Of a stretch of DNA of 64,000 bases, positions 1 through 10,379 are shown piece after piece. The stretch is from Octopus sinensis. Lineage: Eukaryota. The notes under the pieces were generated by a model. It did no database searches. It saw only the letters and a list, made by a program, of their open reading frames with translations, and was not told the DNA's origin. Numbering within the stretch: the stretch's first letter is position 1; the number at the start of each line of letters is the position of its first letter. A program made the translations under genes and the position numbers. The DNA is taken from assembly GCF_006345805.1 (NCBI RefSeq), contig NC_042998.1:147436001-147500000 (forward strand), read 5' to 3'.

Positions 1-33
1 ATGAGGACCATTTCTTTTTATATTATATTTATT

Positions 34-403
34 AAGGCGGCGAGCTGGCAGAAACGTTAGCACGCCGGCCGAAATGCGTTGCGGTATTTCGTCTGCAATT
101 ACGTTCTGAGTTCAAATTCCGCCGAGGACGACTTTGCCTTTCATCCTTTCGGGGTCGATTAAATAAGTACCAGTTACGCACTGGGGTCGATATAATCGAC
201 TTAATCCGTTTGTCCTCTCTGTGTTTAGCCCCTTGTGAGTAGTAAAGAAATAGGTATTTCGTCTGCCGCTACGTTCTGACTTCAAATTCGACTTTGCCTT
301 TCATCCTTTCGGGGTCGATGAAATAAGTACCAGTTCCCTACTGGAGTCGATGTAATCGACTATCCCCTTTCCCCGAAAATGTTCGAGGCTTTGTGCCTAG
401 AGT
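34..403 (+). mobile_element. tRNA-derived SINE family 1, composite copy (full monomer plus 5'-truncated second monomer)
   Basis: Head GGCGGCGAGCTGGCAGAAACGTTAG (A-box-like) and GAGTTCAAATTCC (B-box-like), followed by the body GACTTTGCCTTTCATCCTTTCGGGGTCGAT, which occurs twice here and >15 times in the window. Confidence 0.85.
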
Positions 404-1269
404 AGCAGTAGCTATTTATATTTATTTTCCATTGATAGTTGAAAATTTTATTTCATTTCATTCTGGTATCTAGTAAACTGTTTAAGATTTAACACACACA
501 CGCGCAACTGAAAATTATATTTTTGAGTACACATTCACCCATTTTCTTTGAATTTTGCTGGTATCGACTTTGCTCTTCATCTATCCGAGGGTCCTTAAAA
601 TAAAGGTTTTGTGAAGTACTGGAACCAACATGATCGACTATAAGATTCCCAGCTCTAACAACAAAAACTGTGTGTCCCAAAATCTATAGATATTAGCCCA
701 TGCGGGTTATTGATGAGTGATTAGTTGAATCGATTACTAAATGCCAGTGAGGTCAGCTTTGCTTTTCTTTCTTTAGGTAGGCATTAGAGAGTCGTATATG
801 ATGCTTCCCGGCATATATTCGACTCTCTGCGCTTTATCTCAGTTCAAGTCCTGCCAGGCTTGGCCTTGTTGTTCATGCTTTCAGTCGATAAAAACAGTAC
901 CACTCTCGAACGGTAGCTTGGCGGGTTTGTACCAACAACGACCTTAATGTTTTGATGGTGGTGGCGGCGGTGGCGATGGTGGCAGTGATGATGACCATGA
1001 TGGTGATGATGATGGTGATAATGATGATGGTGATTGTGGTGGTGGTGGTGATAGTGATGATGATGAAGACGACGGCGACGACGATGATGATGCCTTGATG
1101 CTTTGTGGTATTATTTTAGTTTTCTCTTTTGTTGGGTGGTTGACTTAAGCCATCAACCGGTTTAACTCCACCCTCTGTTACCTTTGGTGTCTTTACTGGA
1201 GACCACTCTGTTACAAGCATCCAGACAGTCTCTCCCATCTATCTATGTAAATATGTATGTGTGTGTGTG

Positions 1270-1487
1270 TGCGTGCGTGTGCGTGTGTATCTTTGTGTTT
1301 GTGCCCCACCACCTTTTGACAACTGGTGCTGGTTTGACTGTGTCCCCGTAACTTAGCAGTTTGGCAAGAGAAACCGATCGTATAAGTACCGGACTTTAAA
1401 AAAAATTAATCACTGGGGTCAATTTGTTTGACTAAACTCTTCAATGTGGTGCCCTATCATGGCTACAGTCCATAACCGCAACAAGTT
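1270..1487 (+). mobile_element. SINE family 2, 3' half
   Basis: Matches the 3' part of the fuller copies at 32958-33336 and 30321-30745 (CTTGACAAC..GGTG, CCCCGTAACTTAGC, ATAAGTAC, GGTGCYCCAGCATGGC). Confidence 0.7.
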
Positions 1488-2032
1488 AAAGACGATAATG
1501 CAATGGGTTTCTTTTGTTTAATCCCAAATTCAGTCCTGATTGCGCAGACCTATGATTAAATTCAACTAAGTAATGACTAAACTGCTTATTTTCAGATTTA
1601 TTGTACTCAGGACTACATTATCTAGTCTGTACCTTTCTAAGAGAGTGAAATAACTATCAAGTACTGGACTTAGCTTAATTCAGTATTTTTGAACCATTTT
1701 TTCCGCATGGATTCCTTTGATTCCTATTTTACTCTGATGGGCCCTCATAGCCATTCGATATTTTAAATTTTTATAACTAAATATTACCCTTTTAAATTTT
1801 TATAATTAAATATTATCGGCGATTCTATAAAGAAAAATTCTTCGAATATTTTGTATTATGTAGAAGTATAATGAATTTATTGCACATACATTTAAACAGT
1901 AAAATTTTATATAGACACCCCATCCCAAAGGTCATATGGACCATGGTTTACAGTCACTGGCTTAATCAAATACAACCATCCCTACAGATGTTTATATCGG
2001 AACAAACATATTCGGCATAGCTCGGAACGTCG

Positions 2033-2088
2033 GGATTATTCGTCACTGAGGAGGCCATCTTAAGTCGAAACACCGTATCTGCGAATCC
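2033..2088 (+). ncRNA. Type I hammerhead ribozyme-like motif, probably degenerate
   Basis: CTGAGGA core 2046-2052; helix II GGC/GTC; GAAA 2067-2070; ATC triplet 2077-2079; helix I ATTCG-T-CA (2038-2045) pairs with TGCGAAT (2080-2086). Confidence 0.6.
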
Positions 2089-2815
2089 ACCAGCATTCTG
2101 AGCAAAGACCTATGTCTTTTTACATGATTGGGTAATGAAGATGACGTTAGTGCTAGTGGCATTGGTGTTGGCGGTAATGTTAGTGGTGGTTGTAACGATA
2201 GCTATGATGCAACGGTTGCGTTAGTAGTTGAGATGTAGGGTTGATGCTTCTAGTGGTATTCGTTGTGAATGATGATACTAAGTGAAGCAAAGTGAGTGGC
2301 AGTGATAGAGAGGGATAGGATTTGTGGTAATTACTGTGACATTGTTATTGGCAATGATGGGAGAGGGATGGTAGAGGTTGCAGTGAAAAGATGGTGACGG
2401 GAATGGTTCTGGTATGTGACGGTGACGGTGAGGACAATAATGATGATGGTAACGATAATGAAGATGATGATGATGATGGTGTTGGTGTTGATGGTGTTTG
2501 TGGTGATGGTGATAGTGCTATTGATGACAACGACGGCGACAGCGACGATGATGATGGTGTAGTTATTGTGATGATGAAAACGATGGAGAGTTGATGATGG
2601 TAGAGAGGTAAAAATAATCCTTCTTAGTGAGGTCATTGTTTTCGCATTTGCTGAGTTGACCAAATTCTGCATCGCTCCTGCTACTACTGCTTCTGTTGTT
2701 ATTGTTGTTGTTGGTTCTAACATGCAAAAATTCTTCTGGGGAATGTGCTGCTGTCAATGCCTGCCTTTCTTTGCCTTATTGCTGCTACTACCGCTTTAGT
2801 CAGTGTTGTTGTTTT

Positions 2816-2817
<2 letters not shown>

Positions 2818-2847
<30 letters not shown>

Positions 2848-2859
2848 TACTACTACTAC

Positions 2860-2891
<32 letters not shown>

Positions 2892-2895
2892 ATAA
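2818..2895. repeat. (TAC)n followed by (TAG)n/(TAA)n trinucleotide microsatellite
   Basis: Direct reading; the TAC and TAG tracts are mutually complementary. Confidence 0.95.
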
Positions 2896-3299
2896 TAATA
2901 ATTTTTTCGTTTTGGTGGATTATTTTTATGTTCCTTCCATCATCGTGTTTCTATTTCTTTTCTATTTTTACTTTTTAGTTCCCAATCTTTAAATAATTTC
3001 TGTTAGTAATCTTACTGCTCTCCTCCTTCTGCTCTTGCTCCCCCTGCTCCTCCTCCTCTTTGTCGTCGTCGTCGTCATTATCACTATCAGCATTCATCGC
3101 CGTCGTTGTCATCGACATCACCATTGTCGTCGTTGTTATTAGAGTGGTGGAGTGGCAGAATCGATAGAGCGGCGGACGAACTACATTACCAATTACATTT
3201 CCTTTTACCACTTTATTTTCAGAGATCAAATCCCACCGGCGTCAAATTTTCTCTTTCATCCTTCCGAGGTCGTTACAACCAGAGTCAGTACTGATAACA

Positions 3300-4590
3300 A
3301 CAGGCCAGGATCTTTTCTATTCTGAAGCCAGGACCACAGATCTTTCTACTTAACTAAATAATCTGAAACTTCGTATGCTGATAGAGTCTAGCAAAACAAG
3401 ACACAGGTTGGAACTAGTTTATTTGAGAAAAATCTATTTTATGACTTTAATCGTAGATTAAAACTGCGAATTTTAACCAATCAGATTGTTTGTTTTCATG
3501 TGTAAAACTTGACTGCATTCTATTAGTGTGACGTAGAAAGCGCTTTTGTGACGTACTAACGTTCGGAAAACTGTAAACAAACACGGCAGACGAAATACTT
3601 TTATTTTTTTACATAAGTAATGAGAGCGAAAGAGACTAAGAGGAAGCGATTTTATGACGAGGGAAGTTTGTCTTTGAAGTTACCGTCTAGGGCAGGGGTG
3701 GGCAAACTTTTTTGAACCTTGGCGGGCCTCATTTATAAAAATCAAGTGAAAATATTGTGAATTACCGTACAGTTACGAAGTATCTGCATAGAAGTTGGGA
3801 TTCATAAAAGCTCTCGGCGGGCCGCATGAAAACCTATGGCGGGCCGCATGAAAACCTATGGCGGGCCGCATGCGGCCCGCGGGCCGTAGTTTGCCCACCC
3901 CTGGTCTAGGGGAAGCATTGATGTACATGTGTGTGTGTGTGTGTGTTTGATGGGGTGTGGGAGACAGTATGTTGTGTAAGTGAAGTGCTTCTGTTAGTGT
4001 GTGTGAAGAGACAGAGAGAGTAATGTGTGAAAGAGAGAGATAACTGAAATTTTTTACTCGGTGTATGTGTATATGTATGTCTGCATGTATGTATGTGTGT
4101 GTATGTATCTATGTATGTATGGCCAATTCATCGTAATTACGATTACGATGAATCGGCTATACATACATACACACACACACATACATACACACACACACAT
4201 ACTTACACATACATACACACACACATACATGCAGACATACAGAATGGAAGCATTTTCAATTTAATACATGTGGCTTATTAACTAGTTTTAAATATTGTTA
4301 TTAGAAGGTGGCTGACTTGTTTACATTTAAGATGTTAAATACGTCACGAAATTGGTGGTCGAGACGGAGTAAATAAAATAAAGCCGAATGACGGAATATC
4401 ATTGGTTAAAATTCTAATTATTAAACAACGTTAAACTTAGAAGTTACAATTCCGTTTTCATTCTGGTTTACAATTAAGTTTACTTTTGACACATTCTACC
4501 AGTATACGAAGTTTCAAATTGTTTGGTTCAGTAGGAAAAATTTGAAAAAACTGGCCTCAAAATAGAAAAGATCCACAGGCCATTCAGGTT
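3300..4590. mobile_element. Degenerate long inverted-repeat (foldback-type) DNA element: arms ~3300-3590 and ~4310-4590
   Basis: Collinear inverted blocks GGATCTTTTCTATT (3308 / 4563-4576), GAAACTTCGTAT (3365 / ~4505-4516), GAATTTTAACCAAT (3468-3481 / 4401-4414) and TGTAAACA (3572 / 4318), with similar spacing in both arms. Confidence 0.6.
3693..3903. mobile_element. hAT (Charlie-type) MITE, 211 bp
   Basis: 16-bp perfect TIR CAGGGGTGGGCAAACT...AGTTTGCCCACCCCTG; perfect 8-bp TSD GTCTAGGG (3685-3692, 3904-3911); subterminal GCGGCCCGCGGGCCG motif. Confidence 0.93.
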
Positions 4591-5070
4591 ACCTCTCGAA
4601 AGTTATTTGATCTGGTAGAAATAGAAGCCAAATTTTTCTCAAATAACATCCTGCCGTCTTTAACGAAGGTTATGGCCAGTAATATATGGAAAGGCGAGAT
4701 GGTCAAGGACGGAATTCCTCAACTCATAAGTCTGCCTGATTTGGAATGACCTGGAATTAAACAACAACAACAGCAGCAGCAGCAGCAGCAGCAGCGGCGC
4801 TAAAAGTGACTATTGCAAAAGTAATGAAAATAACAACAGCAACAACAACCACAACAATAGAGGGGCAGCGTTCTTGAAGTGGTGGTGGTAGAACTGGAGG
4901 AGGTAGCTAGAAAGGGACCCAGTCCGCGAACAATGATGAATTTCTTTGTTTTTACTCATTTCTGTTTTATTTTTGTTTTAGTGTTTTGCGTGTCAAGAGG
5001 CAAACAACTTCTCGAGTTTCAGCGATTACATGTGTGTGTGTGTGCGTGCGTGCGTTTGTGTGTGTGTGTG

Positions 5071-5105
<35 letters not shown>

Positions 5106-5395
5106 CGTTTGTGTGTGTACTAATGTATGTATATTAACGCGTGTGTAGAAATGGTTGAAACTATCCATAAGAATGAACAGTACGACAACAACACCACCAC
5201 CAATAACAACAACAATAATATCACTGACATTAAAAATAGTCTGACTATTCAGCCCCGCCCTCTGGTGACGTATAAGTGATATCAACAATAACGCAAATAA
5301 AACCGACATATTTGCCATGCCCCATTCTCTTTCTTACTCTTTCTCCGGAGAATAAAATAAGTACCATGAGGAAGAGCAATTTATATAGTTGGTTA

Positions 5396-5597
5396 CAGCA
5401 GCGAACTGGCAGAATCGTTAGCACGCTGGGCAAAATTCTTAGGAGTATTTCATCCGTCTTTACGTTTTGAGTTCAAATTCTGCTGAAGTCGACTTTGCTT
5501 TTCATTTGTTCGAGGTCGATAAAATAAGTACCAGTTGAGCACTAGAATCGATCTACCCCTCCCTCAAAATTTCTGGCCTTGTGCCAAAACTTTAAAG
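5396..5597 (+). mobile_element. SINE family 1 copy
   Basis: A/B-box-like head and body matching 34-403. Confidence 0.8.
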
Positions 5598-5604
5598 CAA
5601 TTTA

Positions 5605-6049
5605 TATACGAGAAAATTCATCATGACGATCGTCGGTGGACAATCAACGATGTTTTGAAGTCTTTGAGGGAGGACATTCGACCAAAAGGACCGGATCTGT
5701 AGAGCGCTAAGAACTGGATTCTTCATGACGACAATGCACCATGTCACCGAGCTCTCCTCACTCGCGAGTTTCCCGCCCAATTCGCCAGATTTAGCACCTG
5801 CGGACTTACATATCTTCCCCAAGATGAAAATGTGACTAAAAAATTGCCGTTTTAACATCATTGTCGAGATCCAGAGCGAATTGCAGAAGGTCCTCGACTC
5901 CGGCCCGGGTTCCAAAATCTGCAGGAACACTGGGACCGGTGTATTGCTGCGTATGATAACTATTTCGAAGGAGATGATGTTAAAACTTAAATAAATGAGC
6001 TGTTTTATTAAACATAACTAGTCTGGGAACTTTTTGATACCACCTTGTA
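5605..6049 (+). mobile_element. mariner transposon remnant (internally deleted, stops and frameshifts)
   Basis: + strand translates to WILHDDNAPCH, PPNSPDLAPADLHIFPKMK and WDRCIAAYDNYFEGD (mariner catalytic-domain motifs); ends in a TIR-like GGAACTTTTTGATACCACCTTGTA. Confidence 0.88.
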
Positions 6050-6170
6050 GCTGGTTGTTGAAGTTTATGGCGAGGAAACTGAATCAACGCAATCAGAATG
6101 TAAAACCTCCCTGTGAAATAACGTAAGTGGCGATAGATAGTGCTAATCACATCCACCTCTTCATTTACAG

Positions 6171-6371
6171 CATCCTGGACTCACGGTGCAAAGCTACTGA
6201 GACGGTGTGACATGTGTACAGATGTGGTGTATACTGTTGGGTACCCGAAGGAATTATTGTTTTAAAATAGATTAAATATATGGTGGTGAGATCGATAAGT
6301 TATCGGCAATTTCACGAAGGGGTCATTGATATGAGAAGTTTTCCAGTCCCTACACTAAATCCGAATGAAAG
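6171..6371 (+). other. Candidate exon of an unidentified transcript
   Basis: Branch-point-like TGCTAAT plus CTCTTCATTTACAG acceptor (AG 6169-6170); donor AAG|GTGAGA at 6372. No homology recognised. Confidence 0.3.
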
Positions 6372-6432
6372 GTGAGATACTCATGTTTTGAATGTATGCT
6401 TGTGTATGTGTCTATATGCATATATATATGTA

Positions 6433-6493
<61 letters not shown>

Positions 6494-6878
6494 TCTGCAT
6501 ATTCATGTGTACATGTTTGTGTTTGTATGTATGTTATCTCCTTTAGACTGGGCATTTTTTTTTAGTCGGGACTACGCTTTGGGTAACATTTTGGAAAAGA
6601 ACTTGTAGCTCCCTTAGAGGGGCACCAAGAGACTCGGAACTACTTCCATTGTCTTCCTCGGAAAATTTTACGCAAGAATTAACTTTTAGTTTTTATGTAG
6701 ATGTTCTAGCCCTTCTTCCTTTCATGTAGATGCTGTAGCCCTTCATGGCTGTTCCGTAGGGACCGACGTTACTATCATTTTAACCCCCAGGAGGATGCCT
6801 CTTCCAGCTAGTTAGTCGATGTAATCTGCACCCGATATAGATTGCAAGCAAGGAAGTGAACCCCTACAATCTTCCAGT

Positions 6879-6943
6879 GACGGGACCAACAGACCGTACG
6901 GTTTCGAGCTACTTGTGCTCATCCTCAGTGGTGGATACCCGTC
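6879..6943 (-). ncRNA. Type I hammerhead ribozyme (minimal helix III, extended helix I)
   Basis: Minus strand reads GACGGG-TAT-CCACCA CTGAGGA T GAGC-ACAAGTA-GCTC GAAA CCGTACG GTC^TGTTGG-T-CCCGTC: intact core, GUC triplet, palindromic helix III ACCGTACGGT (6893-6902). Confidence 0.85.
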
Positions 6944-7034
6944 TGCTAGAGATAATAGTAGTATGTTCTAGCTCACAATATACAGAAAAATAAGTGACAA
7001 TTAGACACTGATCTTACAACAAGCAAATTAGCTA

Positions 7035-7235
7035 GTTAGAAAATCTCCATAAGAGATGAAAGCAGTAACCATACTGAGAGGTAATGTTTATTACCACTTG
7101 AACATGGTTGTTCTGTTACTACCACAGTTTCATGGTAATAACGTCGGTTCCTACTGAAACATCCATGTTGAAGTGGCAATAAACATTGCTTCTCAGTATA
7201 GTTACAGTTTTCTTCTGTTATGGAGATTTTCTAAC
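7035..7235. repeat. ~200-bp foldback / long hairpin (MITE-like)
   Basis: ~78-bp arms starting GTTAGAAAATCTCCATAA and ending TTATGGAGATTTTCTAAC, roughly 85% identical, plus an inner GTTACTACCA/TGGTAATAAC stem. Confidence 0.85.
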
Positions 7236-7384
7236 ACATTAAGATGCTTTGGAATAACTGTAAATCTGTCGATTGCATATATGTATTTATATATGTATAT
7301 ATATGGGTATACAGTCGCGTATATGTATATATATTATAATCTTCCAATACTGAAACACGTGTAGTATATATATATATAGATGAT

Positions 7385-7522
7385 GAGATTCTTTCAGTGT
7401 CCGTCTGCCAGATCCACTCACATGACTTTGGTTGACACGAGGCTACAGTAGAAGGTATCACGCAGTGAGACTGAACCCGGAACCATGTCGTTAGGAAGCA
7501 AGCTTCTTACCATACAGCCACG
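7385..7522 (-). mobile_element. SINE family 2, 5' part
   Basis: Reverse complement of the head GGCTGTRTGGTAAGAAGCTTGCTTCC..GGTTCCGGGTTCAGTC. Confidence 0.75.
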
Positions 7523-7701
7523 TCATTTATTTTCCGTTTTGGATCAAAGAGAAAAGTTAGTAAGACTTCAAGAAATATATTGCGGCAAGCTTTTGCAAAC
7601 TGTATTTTCTAAATCTGAGAATGCATCATCGGATAGTGAGGAGCAGTGCTCTTAGCGACGGGTCCATGTGCGTGTACATACATACATACATACATACATA
7701 C

Positions 7702-7732
<31 letters not shown>

Positions 7733-7745
7733 CACACATACATAC

Positions 7746-7802
<57 letters not shown>

Positions 7803-8304
7803 GAAAAATACACATTGTGTACAGGTTATCACCAACGAATGAAAAATAAGTAAACACACGAGAGAAAAGTATAGGACAAAACACCAAAAGAAGATAACTC
7901 CTCACCAGTTGTCGAACTGTTTATTATTCCTATTTCATGCTTTTAACGACAAGATAGGTCTACTTCATAAGACAGCAGCATCCAGAAATTTTTAGAATAT
8001 AAAATTTGTGGAGAGTTAAGGCTTCGAACAAACAAACAACAACAGAATGTACATACAGAGTAAATAATCGACGAAGACAAACATTAAGAGCCGTTAGGCC
8101 AAGACGAATTGTCATGAGTAACGCCTGGGAGAATTTTCTTCAAGGAAATAGAATAATTAAAAGAGAAGAAAATAGTAGAAGAAAAAAAATGTCGGGAGCC
8201 GAGAAAAATGACACCCAACCCAGTGAACGTCCTGTCCAGAAAAGAAAGGGGCAATAGAAATGGCCTGTAGTCACGTGTGATATATATACATGTGTGTGTG
8301 TGTG

Positions 8305-8757
8305 TATTTGTGTGTCTGTGTTTGTCTCCACACCATCGCTTGACGACCGATTTTGGTGTGTTTACGTCCCCGTAACATAGCGGTTCGGCAAAAGAGACCG
8401 ATAAAATAAGTACTTGGTTTACAAAGAATAGGTTCTGGGGTCGATTTGTTCGACTAAATGCGGTGCTCCAGCATGGCCGCAGTCAAATGACTGAAACAAG
8501 TAAAAGAATAAGACGAACCAAAGAGACGAGTCAACAATTCGCCAGGGAAATAACGGAGGAAGAAATGATACTGAATGAAAGACAAAAAGGCAAATACGAA
8601 GAAAACGTCGTACCCGTTCCAGGGAGGATCCTTTTCTACTCTACGCACAAGGCCCGAAATTTTGGGGGAGGAGGCCGGTCGATTAGATCGACCCCAGTAT
8701 GCAATTGGTACTTAATTTATCGACCTCAAAAGGATGAAAGGCAAAGTCAACCTCCAG
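8305..8757. mobile_element. SINE family 2 3' half (+, 8305-8510) adjacent to SINE family 1 3' part (-, ~8628-8757)
   Basis: Sequence identity to other copies in the window; explains the spurious 169-aa ORF at 8463-8972. Confidence 0.75.
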
Positions 8758-9440
8758 AGAGAATTGTTGAACCATTCTCCGCAGCAACGCCATCGCGGTC
8801 ATTACCCCAGAGCATAGTTGAGCACACCATTTGTTTTGAAGAGGCAAGGCTCATCGTCCCTCACCCTCCATCGTCTGCTGCTTTCACCCCCACCTCACTT
8901 TTTTCTTTATTTTTCTCTTTCGTCATCTTTCTCATTTGTTTTTTCTGTTTGTATCTAAATGTTATAATCTAAAATGTAATCTGTTGTATAATTGACTGCA
9001 GAAACAAAACTTTTTTATCCACTAAAAGCAACAACTAAAAAAAAAACATCGTCAATAACGACAACAATAACAGCAACAACACAAATACAACAGCGCTAAT
9101 GAAATGTAGATTTATATACTACTGATGCTCCGCAGAACACATATACATATGTACCTAAATACACACACATACGCGCACGCACGGACAGAAAAGCGCGTAC
9201 GCGCGCACGCATTTATTCATTCATTTACACTTTATCAATACTGCTTCCAATCCTATCTATACAAACGCACATACACACACAAATACACACACACACACAC
9301 ACACACACACCTACATATATATATATATATGGGTTACTGTTTGTGCTAGCGCTATTTAGACCATATACTGACCACCTTTAAGAATACTGCTTCTAATCTA
9401 TGTATACAAACACACACACACAAATACACGCACACACACA

Positions 9441-9506
<66 letters not shown>

Positions 9507-9987
9507 AAGAGAGATATAAAAATTTATTTCATTCCCTTCAGAAACTCGTCTCATTAGCAGGGAGATTTCGACGTCTTTCTTCGATTGTATCGAAAAAGTT
9601 AAGAAGTTCTTCAAGTTGACCTAATTGTACTTTGCCTTCAAATCTTCGATTATAACATTACCTCTCCGATTAAAATCGTGCAGCAACTTAAAAATATAGG
9701 ATCGGAACAGGCATTTTGGCCAGTCTATTCCCCGAATACTCTGTTTTTTCAAAATAATAACTGTCAATTATTTGCTTTTCATTACAGCAATTTTATATTA
9801 TTTTACTTGAAAAAAAGAATGCTGCGTTTATGAATTTATTTTGCAAGATTCCTGATGTGAAATCTCGTGTTACATTTATTGTTACATTTCAGGATGGTCA
9901 TTTTTTTTTCTTTTGATCGAATAAACACGCGCTATATATTCGTTCTTCACTCGTTTATCATTGTTCTTAATCTATTTTATGTTCATT

Positions 9988-10030
9988 GTCTGGAAATCTT
10001 TCGTCACACATCTGTGACCTCTTCAGCGAC
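9988..10030 (-). ncRNA. Type I hammerhead ribozyme-like motif (left arm)
   Basis: Minus strand reads GTCG CTGAAGA G GTCACA-GATG-TGTGAC GAAA GATTTC^CAGAC: intact core and perfect 6-bp helix II. Confidence 0.7.
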
Positions 10031-10110
10031 TCTTCTATCCCACATGTATCCTTCTGTTCAGTTTAGAGAATGGACTAAACAGAACAGGATGATACATGTA
10101 GTGTAGAAAC

Positions 10111-10153
10111 GTCGCTGAAGAGGCCACAGGTGTGTGACGAAAGATTTCCTGGC
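10111..10153 (+). ncRNA. Type I hammerhead ribozyme-like motif (right arm)
   Basis: GTCG CTGAAGA G GCCACA-GGTG-TGTGAC GAAA GATTTC^CTGGC: intact core, helix II with one C-A mismatch. Confidence 0.62.
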
Positions 10154-10379
10154 AATGGGCATGAGATAAAACAAGAGCTATAATAAACGAGTGATGAACA
10201 AATATATAGGGCGTGTTTATTTGACAAAAAATAAAATAAAAGAAGACCATTCCGAAACATAACAATAAACAAATTTTATTATATTCAAATGAAAAAGTAA
10301 ATAAACGACGAACATCTATCTTGTCAATGCTTTTGGTCGGAAATTCTAAAATCTCCAAAACTTGCAAAAATGATGAGAC

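Larger units (their letters stand above)
9875..10270. repeat. ~400-bp palindrome: two ~195-bp inverted arms around an 8-nt spacer
   Basis: Arms 9875-10066 and 10075-10270 align at roughly 80% identity; GTTTAG-agaatgga-CTAAAC centre; the ORF track shows homologous peptides on opposite strands. Confidence 0.92.

Noticed and set aside
34-130. tRNA gene-like A and B boxes (also in other SINE heads)
   Set aside because: No complete cloverleaf or acceptor stem; these are SINE internal promoters.
8463-8972. 169-aa ORF
   Set aside because: It runs across a family 2 SINE tail and an inverted family 1 SINE; no protein motif recognised.
9520-9700. Minus-strand coding-looking peptide GQLEELLNFFDTIEERRRNLPANETSF*
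   Set aside because: An upstream in-frame stop lies 12 codons away, there is no convincing acceptor in that frame and no family is recognised.
9867-10367. Homologous ORFs on opposite strands (79 aa and 110 aa)
   Set aside because: A by-product of the DNA palindrome, not a gene pair.
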